From NCBI GenBank assembly GCA_963769025.1, contig CAVYKI010000003.1:32001-96000 (forward strand): a stretch of DNA of 64,000 bases, in the 5' to 3' direction. Below are positions 24,091 to 34,455 of this stretch, one piece after another (within the stretch, counting starts at the first letter, position 1; every line of letters starts with the position of its first letter). Source of the stretch: an uncultured Verrucomicrobiae bacterium (GTDB lineage Bacteria > Verrucomicrobiota > Verrucomicrobiia > Chthoniobacterales > Chthoniobacteraceae). A program made the position numbers and the translations under genes. Below the pieces are notes generated by a model that searched no databases, was not told where the DNA came from, and worked only from the letters and a program-made list of their open reading frames with translations.

Positions 24091-26834
24091 AACATCCCGA
24101 ATCGCTTCCGCAAAATCCACTCGATGGTGAGCAGCAGCACAATCGGGAGAAACCACCACCAGCTCTGCCAGAGAACGGTGTCGCTCTCGATCACCTGGCC
24201 CGTGCTCAGCGGTGCGAGCCGTTCGATGAGCGTGTCGCTCTGCTCCTCGCGCAGATATTCCCCGCCGCCCGCGAGGCTCACCTGCCGGAGGATGTCCTCG
24301 TTCAGACTGAGCAGCGTGCGCTCGACATTCTCGCGCGCGGTGACTCCGAACTGCGTGCGGGCCTTGAGCTGATCGGATGGCACAGCCGCGGTGTCGATTG
24401 CGAGCTCGTAGGCTCCGCTGTCGAGCGCAGCGGTCCGGCCGCGGTAGAGGCCACCCTCGTCCGGTGAAAGCGTAATCGACGCGACCTTCTGTCCGTCGCG
24501 GTAGAGCACGGCGTTCACCGAGGCATCGGAGACCGGGCGGCCCTCCGCATCGCGGAGGCGCGCGCGGATGTCCGCCTGATCGCCCGGCTGGTAGGTGAGC
24601 TGGCCCGCGTCGAGCTGCACAAATTTGTCGCGCGCAGCAAAGGGAGTCTCGCCGATGTAGTCGCCAAGCTGGTTCCAAAAGCGCACGTGGTAGAGATCCG
24701 CGACCTCGTAACGCCACCGCCACGAGTCATCGAATGCCTGGTAATACACGCGGCCAGCGCCGAACGGCCGCAGCACCGCGGCCGGCATGCGCGTGCCGGC
24801 GACCGCTTCGAGCAGCACCTCCGCGCCGGGCAGCGGCTTCACCTGCGCGACGAAATGAGGCGGCGGCAGCTTCGCCCATGTGTCGGCGTTGACGGACGAA
24901 TCGGTGCCGAGCATGAACGCCCCGATGCTCTGCGCGCGTCCCGCGAGGGCGAGCGACTTCACGCCGTCGCGCACGCCCGGCCCGGTCCACTCCACGGGAA
25001 ACAGCGGGGCCAGCGCCGTGCCCTCGTACCCGCGGAGCGCACCTCGCGAACCGTCGATGAATGCAATCGCGCCGCCGCGCCTGCCCACGAATTCCGCGAG
25101 CCACTTCAGCTCCTCGTCCTTGAAAACGCCGCGCGGCACTTCCCCGAAGATGATGAGGTCATACCCATCCAGCGCCTTCTGCGTCGCGGGAAACGTGCCG
25201 GCCTTGTCCCCGCGGATGAAGCCCGTGTCCGAAGTCGCGCCTGCCATGACGGCGTTGACCTCCCATTTTTCGTCGCGGTCAAAAAGATTCCGCAGGTAGC
25301 GCGTCTCCCATCGCGGACGGCCGTCGAGGATGAGGATTTTCCGCTTCTGCGTGACGGCGCGGAAACGGAGCGGCGCGGAGTTGTTGGAAAGTTCGCGATC
25401 GCCGTCCACGTTGCTGACCTCGGCGGTGAGCTGCAGCGGCGCGCCGGCAATCTCGTAGCCCTGCTGCTGCTGCTTCATCCGGGCATCCGCGAGCTCCTTG
25501 ATGGGAAACTCGAACGGCACACGCCGAACACCCTTGCCGAGCGAGACGAGCGGTTTTTCCCACACGATCTTGCCGCCGTCCTTCACGGAAACGGTGAATG
25601 CCTCGCCGGGCGGGACTTCCTCCTTGATGTGGATTTCGCCCCGCACGCGGTCCTCGAAGAACACGGAATCCGGCGCCACGACGCGGAGCACGGCGATGTC
25701 GCGCGGCGGCACCTGGCTGCCGAATCCGATGGAAAATACGCCGGTCTTGCGCCCAGCGAGAATGCGCGCTGCATCGAGCGGGGATTCGCCGGCATTGTGC
25801 TGGCCGTCAGTGAGCAGGACGACGGCGCTCTTCTCCGCCCCGCCCGCGGCCTCGCCGGCAAATTTCAGTCCGGCAGTGAGGCTCGTGGATTGCGAGACGG
25901 GTTTCGGCAGCCCGGCGGGCGGCGCGGAACCTCCCGCGCTGGAATGCCAGAGCATTTTCGCCTCGTTCCCATCGAGCAGGACGAGCTGGACGTCGTGTTT
26001 TTCCGCGAGGCGTGTGAGAATTCGTTTCTCCGCCGGGCCTTCGAGGAGCAGCGCCTGCACCCGCTGCCAGCGGGGAAGTGCGTCGAACTTCGCAAGCGCC
26101 GCGCGGAGCGGCGCGGCCGCGGGATCGCCGTCGATCTGCTTTTCAAACAGTGCGGAAATCTTGAGCGAGAAACGCCCGGCAGTTTCGCCGAGGCGGGTGA
26201 GATCGCCGGAGGCGCGGATGCGATCGTCCACGGCGACGAATTGCCGCGCCGCCAGCTCGCGCGCTGGCTCCGCGACATCGGTGCGGAGGCGAGCGATTTC
26301 GTCGCTGCCGGGCAAACCCTTGGCGAGGAATTTGGCGGCGTCAGCAGCCTTGGCTGCGAACTCGGAGGAGAGCTTGCGCCATATTTCGTCGTCAAGCGCC
26401 TCGACTGGCGGCAGACGGTCGGCGATGCCGCGCGCGTCGGCCAGCGCCGCGGCGGCCTGGGGAAGATCGAGCGCGACGTCCGCCCCCTCGAGGAGGCCGA
26501 GCCTGCGCGCGATGGCGATTTTCCGCCCGGCGTCCATCGCGGGATCCGCGAGCTGCATGGACTCGGAGGCGTCGATGCACAGGAAGAGGCGCGCGAGCTG
26601 GCCGATGACCTTGCGGTGGTGCAGCACCGGCCCGCTGAGCATGAGCACGATGAGGATGACTGCCAGGCCGCGCAGCGTGGGAAGCAGCACACGCACCCAG
26701 CGGTTGTGCGAATGCGTGTCCCGTCGGTAGAGCATCCACGCGATGCCGGCGAGCAGCAAGGCGACGCCGACGCCGGCATACCAGGGCCAGTCGCCCGTCC
26801 ATCGCAGCGTGGTGGTGACGTGCTCGCGGTTCAT
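24087..26834 (-). CDS. Membrane protein with vWA and glutamine-amidotransferase-like (DUF1355-type) domains
   Basis: N-terminal TMs, IDASESM (MIDAS-like), LLTDGQHN, DGRPRWETRYL, FGAGRV...SWRWR and C-terminal EWILRKRFGML. Confidence 0.8.
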   Translation of the reverse strand: MNREHVTTTLRWTGDWPWYAGVGVALLLAGIAWMLYRRDTHSHNRWVRVLLPTLRGLAVILIVLMLSGPVLHHRKVIGQLARLFLCIDASESMQLADPAMDAGRKIAIARRLGLLEGADVALDLPQAAAALADARGIADRLPPVEALDDEIWRKLSSEFAAKAADAAKFLAKGLPGSDEIARLRTDVAEPARELAARQFVAVDDRIRASGDLTRLGETAGRFSLKISALFEKQIDGDPAAAPLRAALAKFDALPRWQRVQALLLEGPAEKRILTRLAEKHDVQLVLLDGNEAKMLWHSSAGGSAPPAGLPKPVSQSTSLTAGLKFAGEAAGGAEKSAVVLLTDGQHNAGESPLDAARILAGRKTGVFSIGFGSQVPPRDIAVLRVVAPDSVFFEDRVRGEIHIKEEVPPGEAFTVSVKDGGKIVWEKPLVSLGKGVRRVPFEFPIKELADARMKQQQQGYEIAGAPLQLTAEVSNVDGDRELSNNSAPLRFRAVTQKRKILILDGRPRWETRYLRNLFDRDEKWEVNAVMAGATSDTGFIRGDKAGTFPATQKALDGYDLIIFGEVPRGVFKDEELKWLAEFVGRRGGAIAFIDGSRGALRGYEGTALAPLFPVEWTGPGVRDGVKSLALAGRAQSIGAFMLGTDSSVNADTWAKLPPPHFVAQVKPLPGAEVLLEAVAGTRMPAAVLRPFGAGRVYYQAFDDSWRWRYEVADLYHVRFWNQLGDYIGETPFAARDKFVQLDAGQLTYQPGDQADIRARLRDAEGRPVSDASVNAVLYRDGQKVASITLSPDEGGLYRGRTAALDSGAYELAIDTAAVPSDQLKARTQFGVTARENVERTLLSLNEDILRQVSLAGGGEYLREEQSDTLIERLAPLSTGQVIESDTVLWQSWWWFLPIVLLLTIEWILRKRFGML

Positions 26835-28996
26835 AGTTTGGTGCGCACTCCGGCGAATTTCCGCTCAAGAAAGAGCTCGAGGAAGATGAGCGCCAGCAGG
26901 CCGAGGAGCGCCCATTTCCAGAGTTCCTCACCGAAGCGCTGACGATGCTCCATGTCGCGATATTCCGTCGCGTTGTGGACGACGGCCACGCCATGCACCT
27001 TCCCGAACTCGGCAATCTCCGTGTCGCTCAGCCGCGCGAGATCGGACTCACGGCGATCCGCGTTCACCACGTAATGGATCGGCTGCCCGCCCGGCGGCTG
27101 CAGCGTGTAGAGGCCCGGCTGGTAAAGCGGCGCGGTCTCGACGACCCCGCGCTCTTCCTTCTTCACGATCGGCACTTCGATGGGGGTCCCGTCCGGCCCG
27201 CTGAGCAGCGCCTTTTTCCCGGCGGTTTCGACAGGCAAAAATGAAATGAGCGCGCGACCGACCTCGAGATTGCGCGGCGGATTCACCGTCGAGGCGAGAT
27301 GCACGCAGAGCCGCTGCACGAGCGGGAGGTAAAATGGGCGCGCGGGGAGATTCCCCCAGTCGGCGTCCGCGGCCGTGGCGCAGGCGATCACGCGGCCGTG
27401 CCCGACGGCGCGCTCGACGAGAAATGGATCCCCGGAGTCGAGCCGCGCGAGGACGACCGGCGCGAGCGGATCGCCGGAGTCGGCGGGCGCGCGCATTTTG
27501 AACCAGACCTTGATCGCAGCCTCGGTCATCGAGCCGTTGCGCGGGTCGTTGAAAAGTTCGAGTGCGGGATTTTCAAAACGCTGGGCCGCGATGCCGACGC
27601 CCTGCGCGCCGTCCTTCAGTTCGCCGGAGATGCCCGCGAGCGGCACCGGGGCGAGCGGGGCAAAGGGACCGTTCCACCACGCGGTGTCCGTGCGGTCACC
27701 GGGGAAGATGAGCAGGCCGCCGCCATTTTTCACGAAGTCCGTCAGGACGCGCACCTGCTCGGGAGTGAGCTTGCGCACGTTCGCGAGGACGATGGCAGCG
27801 GCGTCGCCGAGGCTCTTCGCGCTGAACGAATCCGCAGTGACGACGGTCGGCCGGATGAGGTCGCTGAGTTCCACTTTGCCCGCGGCGAATGGCGACAGGG
27901 CGATCTGCAGATAGGCGGTCTCGGAGGCGATGTCCTCGGGCGTCGGCCCGGGAGCGCCGTCCACGAGCAAGACCGGGATGCGGTCGCGCACGGGGATGCT
28001 CGCGAGAAAGGTGTTGTCGGCCGCGAGGACATCGGGCTCGATGGAAACCTCGACGACATGCGAGCCCGCGGCGTCGAATGCGTGTGTGAAGAGCACCTGC
28101 GCCTTCGCGTGGGGCCCGAGCGCGACTTGCGACGCGGCCTTGTCCTTGCCGTCCACTTTCAAGGTCACGCGCAGGTCGCCATGGTTGGCGTCGCCGAAGT
28201 TGCGAAGGTTCGCGCGGATTTGCACTTTCTGCCCGACGCCGACCATGAGCCGCGAAAAATCGAGCGACTCGACGGCGACGTTTTCCTTCACCTCCTGGCC
28301 GACGTCCCAGAACGTGACGTTCGGCACCGCGGGCTGTTTGCGGATCCGCTGCACCGCGCGGCCGATGAGCGCGTCCTCCGTCGCGGGAAAACTCACGCGC
28401 TGGAAATCCGTAAGCACCACGATCTGCCGCGCGCTCTCGTGCATTTTCTCCAGCGTGCCGGCCGCGAGATCGAGGGCGGCTGGAATGCGCGCCGTGCCGA
28501 ATCCCGCCGTGGCCTTCGACAACGCCTGCGTGACGCGGGAGAGATCGTAGGTCGGCGCATCGAGGACGCCGCGTCCGCCTTCACCCATGAGGATCGCGTG
28601 GACTTCCGAGCCCTGGCGCAGTTCGTTGATGAGGCGCAGCGTCTCGTCCTTCGCGATGCCAAAGCCCGTGGTGCCCGCACGCGAGGCGTCCATCGAATAG
28701 CTGTTGTCCAGCAGCACCACGGTGGATGTCTTTGCCTCGCCGAGCAGCGACTGCGCGCCCTTCCAGAGCGGCCGCGCCATTGCGAGCGCGAGGAGAACCG
28801 GGATGGCGCAGCGGATCGCGAGCAGTATCCATTGTTCGATTTGGATGCGGCGGCGATTGGTCTTCAGGACCGCTTCGAGCAGGTGCATCGCGCCCCATTT
28901 CACCACCTTGAACCGGCTCTTGTGAAAGAGGTGGATGAGAATCGGTATCGCGAGCGCGGCGGCTCCGCCGAGGAGGGCGATGTTGAGGAAGTTCAT
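26831..28996 (-). CDS. BatA-domain / vWA protein
   Basis: MNFLNIALL...PILIHL...WGAMHLL (BatA), LDNSYSM, LTDFQ, a CARDB-like region and a C-terminal TM. Confidence 0.85.
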   Translation of the reverse strand: MNFLNIALLGGAAALAIPILIHLFHKSRFKVVKWGAMHLLEAVLKTNRRRIQIEQWILLAIRCAIPVLLALAMARPLWKGAQSLLGEAKTSTVVLLDNSYSMDASRAGTTGFGIAKDETLRLINELRQGSEVHAILMGEGGRGVLDAPTYDLSRVTQALSKATAGFGTARIPAALDLAAGTLEKMHESARQIVVLTDFQRVSFPATEDALIGRAVQRIRKQPAVPNVTFWDVGQEVKENVAVESLDFSRLMVGVGQKVQIRANLRNFGDANHGDLRVTLKVDGKDKAASQVALGPHAKAQVLFTHAFDAAGSHVVEVSIEPDVLAADNTFLASIPVRDRIPVLLVDGAPGPTPEDIASETAYLQIALSPFAAGKVELSDLIRPTVVTADSFSAKSLGDAAAIVLANVRKLTPEQVRVLTDFVKNGGGLLIFPGDRTDTAWWNGPFAPLAPVPLAGISGELKDGAQGVGIAAQRFENPALELFNDPRNGSMTEAAIKVWFKMRAPADSGDPLAPVVLARLDSGDPFLVERAVGHGRVIACATAADADWGNLPARPFYLPLVQRLCVHLASTVNPPRNLEVGRALISFLPVETAGKKALLSGPDGTPIEVPIVKKEERGVVETAPLYQPGLYTLQPPGGQPIHYVVNADRRESDLARLSDTEIAEFGKVHGVAVVHNATEYRDMEHRQRFGEELWKWALLGLLALIFLELFLERKFAGVRTKL

Positions 28997-29898
28997 CCCC
29001 GCGCCAGCCTCCGGCTCAGGTATGCGGCGAGCGCCTTCGCGTAGGGTTCGTCTGTCGTGAATGGCACGAGATCCACCTTGTGCCGGCGGCATCCGCGTGT
29101 GAGTTCGGTGCGGAATTTTTCGAGGTTCGCGAGGTAGGCCTGCCGCAGGATCGCGGGGTCGAGCAGGTGCTTCACGCCATCGCGCTCCATGCATTCGAAC
29201 TGCGTCCAGCCCTTGAACCGAAATGCGAGTTCATCCGGGTGCCAGATTTGGAAGACGAGGATCTCGTGCCGCGCGTGGCGGAAGTGCGCGAGCGCCTTGA
29301 GGAAATTTGCGACCTCGCCGAAGCAGTCCGAGATGATGACGAGCAGGCCGCGCCGGTGGAGCTTCGGCACGAGATCGTGAAAGACCTTGCCGAGTTCCGT
29401 CTCGCCGCCGGGCTTTCCGCTTTCGAGTTCGTTCAAAATCATCCGCAGGTGGCTCACGCGCGAACGCGGCGGGATGTAGCGGCGGATTTGCGTGTCGAAT
29501 GTGACGAGCCCGACGCCGTCGGACTGCTGGAGCATGAGGTAGGAGAGACACGCGGCGAGCTTCGTCGCGTATTCGAACTTGCTCACCTGCCCCGGCTGGC
29601 CGCCGCCGTAGTCCATCGAGCCGCTGCGGTCGAGGATGATGGTCGCACGGAGGTTCGTCTCCTCCTCGTATTCGCGGATGTAGTAGCGGTCGCTGCGCGC
29701 GAAGACGCGCCAGTCGATGTGGCGGATTTCATCGCCGGGCACGTACTGCCGGTGCTGCTTGAACTCGACGCTGAAGCCCTTGTGCGGCGAGCGGTGCATG
29801 CCGGTGGTAAAGCCCTCGACGACCTGCCGCGCAAAAACCTGCAGGTTCGAGATGCGCTGGAGGTCGGACGGAGTGAGGAAGTCCGAGACGTGGGCCAT
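28993..29898 (-). CDS. DUF58 protein
   Basis: [38 protein letters not shown] and ISDC. Confidence 0.92.
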   Translation of the reverse strand: MAHVSDFLTPSDLQRISNLQVFARQVVEGFTTGMHRSPHKGFSVEFKQHRQYVPGDEIRHIDWRVFARSDRYYIREYEEETNLRATIILDRSGSMDYGGGQPGQVSKFEYATKLAACLSYLMLQQSDGVGLVTFDTQIRRYIPPRSRVSHLRMILNELESGKPGGETELGKVFHDLVPKLHRRGLLVIISDCFGEVANFLKALAHFRHARHEILVFQIWHPDELAFRFKGWTQFECMERDGVKHLLDPAILRQAYLANLEKFRTELTRGCRRHKVDLVPFTTDEPYAKALAAYLSRRLARG

Positions 29899-29925
29899 GC
29901 CGTGCGGAGGGTCGGAATTCCGGAA

Positions 29926-30960
29926 TTACAGGGCGCGTTTCGCCTCGCCGCGCGGCACGTGCTTCAGGATGCGCCGGACGATTTCGTCCACGCTCACCCC
30001 TTCGGCCTCGGCATTGAACGTGGGCACGATGCGGTGCCGCAGCACCGGAAGCGCGAGCGCCTCGATGTCGTCGATCGTCACATGGAAGCGGCCCTGCAGC
30101 ACCGCGCGTACTTTTCCGGCGAGCACGAGGTTCTGGCACGCACGCGGGCCGGCGCCCCAGCTGATGAGCTCCTTCACGAACGCCGGAGCGTCCGGCTCGT
30201 TCGGCCGCGAGATGCGGACGACATCGAGCACGAAATCCATCACGTGATCCGGCACGGGCACTTTGCGCACGACTTTCTGGAGCTCCAGAATCTGCTGTCC
30301 GCTGAGCACCGTCTGCACGTCGGAAATAAACGTGCCCGTCGTGCGTGTCACGATTTGCCGCTCCTCGTCGCGACTCGGGTAGTCGACATTGACGAGAAAG
30401 ATGAAGCGGTCGCGCTGCGCTTCGGGCAGCGGATAGGTGCCTTCCTGCTCGATCGGATTTTGCGTCGCGAGGACGAAGAACGGCTGGTCGAGTTCGAAGG
30501 TCTTGCCGCCGATGGTCACGTGCTTTTCCTGCATCGCCTCGAGCAGCGCGGCCTGCGTCTTGGGCGGCGTGCGGTTGATTTCATCCGCCAGCAGCATCTG
30601 GGTGAAAATCGGGCCTTTCTGGAAGACGAACTGGCGATGTCCCGTGGAGGATTCCTGAATGATGTCCGTGCCCGTGATGTCCGAGGGCATGAGGTCGGGA
30701 GTGAACTGGATTCGCCGGAAGCCCATATTCAGCGCCTGCGAGAGCGTGCGGACCATCGCGGTCTTCGCCAGCCCCGGAACGCCTTCGAGCAGGCAGTGGC
30801 CGCCGGCGAGCACGGCGATGAGCAGTTGCTCGATGACCTCCTTTTGCCCGACGATGAATTTCGCCATTTCGCGCGTGATTTTTTCGTACGCGTCCACGAG
30901 CAGCGCGGCGGCTGCCTTGTCGTCGAGTTCAGTCTTGGGAGGGTTGTCAGTGGTGGTCAT
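29926..30960 (-). CDS. MoxR-family AAA+ ATPase
   Basis: [47 protein letters not shown] and [22 protein letters not shown]. Confidence 0.95.
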   Translation of the reverse strand: MTTTDNPPKTELDDKAAAALLVDAYEKITREMAKFIVGQKEVIEQLLIAVLAGGHCLLEGVPGLAKTAMVRTLSQALNMGFRRIQFTPDLMPSDITGTDIIQESSTGHRQFVFQKGPIFTQMLLADEINRTPPKTQAALLEAMQEKHVTIGGKTFELDQPFFVLATQNPIEQEGTYPLPEAQRDRFIFLVNVDYPSRDEERQIVTRTTGTFISDVQTVLSGQQILELQKVVRKVPVPDHVMDFVLDVVRISRPNEPDAPAFVKELISWGAGPRACQNLVLAGKVRAVLQGRFHVTIDDIEALALPVLRHRIVPTFNAEAEGVSVDEIVRRILKHVPRGEAKRAL

Positions 30961-31061
30961 GTCGTTTGGGAAAATGGGTCTATGGCAAAGAAAACGCCGT
31001 TCGGCGAGAAACGTCGAACGGCGTCAAATTCCAGTCAGCCTGGAGCAGTCGCGCGTCGTGC

Positions 31062-31619
31062 TTACATCTCTGCGATCTCAGGCAGCGGCATGTCCACCCA
31101 GACAGGCGGCGTGCAGATGGCTGGCTGTGCGGCAAACTGCCACTCGGGTTCCACCGCCGTGCTCGAAATTTTCTCAAGCCGGCTGCGGAACTCCTCGACA
31201 CTGCGTGCAAAGCCTTTCTCCTGTACATCGGCGACCATGCCCTGAACGGCCTGCCCCGCCGAGGCGAGCTTGTCGGCGGTGACACCGCCATTTTGCCAGA
31301 AACCGGGCCGGGTCGCAGTGTAGGCGGTGCCCACGGAAAGTAGGAGGATCGCGGCTGCCTTTTGCAAAAATCCGCGCCAGTGCCATGCGGGCACCTCAAG
31401 CACCTTCGAGCGCTGCTCGTCGCTCAGCGCAAGGGCCTCGATCTCGCCGCGCTGTTCCATGCCTTCCTTCAGCAGTTCGCCGATTTCCAGCATCTTGTAG
31501 ATGTCGTTACGGCATTCCTCGGAGATCCCGAGCATGCTTTCGACGTAGAGGCGCTCGTCCGGGGGGAGTTCGTTGAGCGCGTAATCGGTTAGGTCTTGTT
31601 CTGACAGTCTCCCTCTCAT
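31062..31619 (-). CDS. Putative anti-sigma factor (degenerate ZAS-like N-terminus, single TM)
   Basis: LTDYALNELPPDERLYVESMLGISEECR, then AAAILLLSVG TM; lies directly downstream of the ECF sigma. Confidence 0.65.
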   Translation of the reverse strand: MRGRLSEQDLTDYALNELPPDERLYVESMLGISEECRNDIYKMLEIGELLKEGMEQRGEIEALALSDEQRSKVLEVPAWHWRGFLQKAAAILLLSVGTAYTATRPGFWQNGGVTADKLASAGQAVQGMVADVQEKGFARSVEEFRSRLEKISSTAVEPEWQFAAQPAICTPPVWVDMPLPEIAEM

Positions 31620-31628
31620 TGGTGTATT

Positions 31629-32189
31629 TTACGAAGCGGCCCGTTTGGCCAGATAGATGATTTTCTCGTCCTTGTCGTCGCGTTCCATTTTACCGCGCAA
31701 ATTGCGCATGGCGGCGTTCAAAATAAATCCGACATTCCCCACGCTCAGCCCGGTGATCTGGCTGATTTCCTGATAGGAATGGCTCCCGTGGAAGCGCAGG
31801 CGAACGACCTCCTGCTGGTTCTTCGGCAAAGCCTTCACGTGCTCCATGAGCCGCTCGACGGTCTCGCGGCGCGCCATGTCCTGCAGAGGGGTGATGCTGT
31901 CCACCCGGCGGTGCTCAAACTCCTCGTGCTCGACATAAATGTAGCGGTCTTCCTTCTTCAGCGACTTCAGCGCGCAGTTACGGCAAACGGTGAAGAGCCA
32001 CTGCGAAAGATGACCCTCGATGGCTGCCTGATCCTGCGTGTGCAGACGCATGAAAGTCTCCTGCACGGTGTCGCGGGCACGGTCGAGATCCTGGAGGATG
32101 CTCAGGGCGTACTGCAGGAGCGGACGTTCAAAACGCTCGAGAGCTGTCTGGACCCATGCTGATTTCTTTTTGGCTTTGGAGAGGAACAT
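31629..32189 (-). CDS. ECF RNA polymerase sigma-70 factor
   Basis: ARDTVQETFMRL, WLFTVCRN and LPKNQQEVVRLRF...SYQEISQITGLSVGNV; GAGGAG RBS upstream of ATG 32189. Confidence 0.92.
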   Translation of the reverse strand: MFLSKAKKKSAWVQTALERFERPLLQYALSILQDLDRARDTVQETFMRLHTQDQAAIEGHLSQWLFTVCRNCALKSLKKEDRYIYVEHEEFEHRRVDSITPLQDMARRETVERLMEHVKALPKNQQEVVRLRFHGSHSYQEISQITGLSVGNVGFILNAAMRNLRGKMERDDKDEKIIYLAKRAAS

Positions 32190-32480
32190 AGTTTGTTCTC
32201 CTCTCATAACCCAAGCCCGCCGATTCCTTGAGAAGAATTTTCAACTTTTTTCGGGCAGGAAGGTCAGCCGCGCGCGCTGTTTCATTCCCGCACGGCAGCA
32301 GCGCCGGATTTCTTTTCCCGCCGACATCCGCACTTCCCGAGCAACCCTTTTTACGCGTCCCACTGAACGCGGACAAGGCCGGCTACCGCTTCGTCTTGAA
32401 CGCGTCGGAGAGCGCCGTCGGCGCGAACTGAGGCAGTCTCTGCTTTCCGGCGCGCGGAGTCTGCGGCATCCCTAGCGCAC

Positions 32481-33008
32481 GTGCAGACCACCGCAGCCAT
32501 TTTGCTCCGAAAAACACGGTTCAGCGAAACGAGCCTCATCGTCACCTGGTTCACGCGCGACCTCGGCCGGCTGAAGACGATCGTGAAGGGCGCGCTGCGT
32601 CCCAAGAACCGCTTCGCCGGGGTGCTGGATCTGTTTTTCGACTGCGAAATCAGCATCGCGCACAGCGCGAAAAGCGAACTGCACACGCTGCGGGAAGCCG
32701 TCCTCCGCGATGCCCGCGCAGGGCTGCGCACCGACCACCGCCGCGTCGCGCTGGCTTCCTATTTTGTCGAACTCATCGAGCTGACGACCGAGCCCGAGCA
32801 GCCCGCACCGGAAATCCACGACCTGCTTGAGCGCGCCTACAACTTCCTCGACAAAAACCCCGCCGAAGCGCGCGCGCTGCTCCATTTCGAGAGCGAGCTG
32901 GCCCGCATGCTCGGCATCGCGCATCCGGAACTCTCCCCCATCGTCGCCATCGGCCGCGCCTGCCACAAGATCCCCTCCTCCCGCGCCGCGTGCCTCGCGG
33001 CATTTTGA
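32481..33008 (+). CDS. recO: DNA repair protein RecO
   Basis: AILLRKTRFSETSLIVTWFTRDLGRLKTIVKGALRPK...LDLF. Confidence 0.88.
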   Translation: MQTTAAILLRKTRFSETSLIVTWFTRDLGRLKTIVKGALRPKNRFAGVLDLFFDCEISIAHSAKSELHTLREAVLRDARAGLRTDHRRVALASYFVELIELTTEPEQPAPEIHDLLERAYNFLDKNPAEARALLHFESELARMLGIAHPELSPIVAIGRACHKIPSSRAACLAAF

Positions 33009-33024
33009 AAAAGCGCGTCCGCTT

Positions 33025-33747
33025 TTACCCGATCACCGCCCGCTGCTTCGCCACCAGCTCGCCGATGCCGCCGCGCGCGAGTTCCAGCATCGTGTTCAGC
33101 TCCGCTTCGGAAAAGGTGCTCTCCTCGCCGCTGCCCTGCACTTCCACAAAGTGCCCGCCTTCCGTCATCACCACGTTCAGGTCCACGGCGGCGTCCTTGT
33201 CCTCCACGTAGTTGAGATCCAGCAGCGCCACTCCGCCGACGATCCCGACGCTCACCGCCGTCACGAGCTGCTTGATGGGCCATTGCTTGATCTTCCCCTC
33301 GGCCATCAGCTTCCGGCACGCGAGCGCGGCGGCCACGCTGGCCCCGGTGATGCTCGCCGTGCGCGTCCCGCCGTCCGCCGAGAGCACGTCGCAATCAATC
33401 CACATCGTGCGCTGCCCGAGCTTGTCCAGGTCCAGCGCCGCGCGCAGCGAACGGCCGATGAGCCGCTGGATTTCCGAGGAACGCCCGTCGATTTTCCCGC
33501 GCGTGATGTCGCGCTGCTTCCGCTGCCCGGTGGAATACGGCAGCATGGAATACTCCGCCGTGACCCAGCCGCCGGTCACCTGCTGCTCCTTCATCCAGCG
33601 CGGCACGACCTCCTCGACCATGGCCGAGCAAATCACGCGCGTCTCCCCCGTGCTCACCAGCACCGACCCCGTCGCATTCGGCGCAAAGCCGGGCGTGAAG
33701 GTGACGGGGCGGAGTTGGGCAGGCGTGCGTCCATCGTGTCGGGTCAT
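33025..33747 (-). CDS. rph: Ribonuclease PH
   Basis: DGRTPAQLRPV, GWVTAEYSMLP, EIQRLIGRSLRA, DCDVLSADGGTRTASITG and EVQGSGE. Confidence 0.96.
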   Translation of the reverse strand: MTRHDGRTPAQLRPVTFTPGFAPNATGSVLVSTGETRVICSAMVEEVVPRWMKEQQVTGGWVTAEYSMLPYSTGQRKQRDITRGKIDGRSSEIQRLIGRSLRAALDLDKLGQRTMWIDCDVLSADGGTRTASITGASVAAALACRKLMAEGKIKQWPIKQLVTAVSVGIVGGVALLDLNYVEDKDAAVDLNVVMTEGGHFVEVQGSGEESTFSEAELNTMLELARGGIGELVAKQRAVIG

Positions 33748-33875
33748 GCGGCAAAGGTAGCGGGGAGGTTTGGAAAATGTCCACCGCGGGCTTCCCGGCG
33801 CACTCCATCTCCCAGCGGGGAATGTTTCTGTTGACCGCGGGATTCCCGCCCGCTCTATTCGCGCCGTTCAGAAAT

Positions 33876-33952
33876 CGGGCTGTGGCTCAGCTTGGTAGAG
33901 CGCCTGTCTCGGGTGCAGGAGGCCGCGGGTTCGAATCCCGCCAGCCCGACCA
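33876..33952 (+). tRNA. tRNA-Pro (anticodon CGG)
   Basis: Acceptor stem CGGGCTG/CAGCCCG, D-arm GCTCAGCTTGGTAGAGC, anticodon arm CCTGT-CTCGGGT-GCAGG, T-loop GGTTCGAATCC and encoded CCA. Confidence 0.97.
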
Positions 33953-34038
33953 TGAACGCGCCACCGGCGCTCCCACGCCGCACATGCGGATGCGGTTTTG
34001 TCTTGAGGTTCTCCGCGGGGTGCGACGTTTTCCCACGC

Positions 34039-34449
34039 ATGCCGAGACACTGGATGGTCAAATCCGAACCCGCCTCCTATTCGTGGGAGCAATTCACCAA
34101 GGAGGGCCGCGCCGCGTGGACGGGCGTGCGGAATTTCCAGGCGCGAAACAACCTGCGCGCGATGAGGAAGGGCGACACGGTGCTTTTCTACCACTCGGTC
34201 ACCGGCAAGGAAGTCGTGGGTATCGCGAAAGTCGCGCGCGAGGCGTATCCCGACCCGACGGCGGATGAGCCGGGCTGGGATTGCGTGGACCTCGTCCCGG
34301 CGAAGCCGCTGAAGAAACCGGTGACGCTGGAAGCCATCAAGGCCGCGCCCGCGCTGAAGGAAATCGCGCTGCTCCGGCAGTCGCGCCTCTCGGTGATGCC
34401 GCTCTCGGCCGCGGACTACGCGGCGATTTTGAAACTCGGCGGCAAGTAG
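34039..34449 (+). CDS. EVE domain protein
   Basis: HWMVKSEP, WTGVRNFQARNNL, GDTVLFYHS and RQSRLSVMP. Confidence 0.93.
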   Translation: MPRHWMVKSEPASYSWEQFTKEGRAAWTGVRNFQARNNLRAMRKGDTVLFYHSVTGKEVVGIAKVAREAYPDPTADEPGWDCVDLVPAKPLKKPVTLEAIKAAPALKEIALLRQSRLSVMPLSAADYAAILKLGGK

Positions 34450-34455
34450 CCGGGG

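Noticed and set aside
33876..33952. tRNA-Pro as an integration site for a genomic island
   Set aside because: No integrase and no duplicated tRNA 3' end seen in the window.
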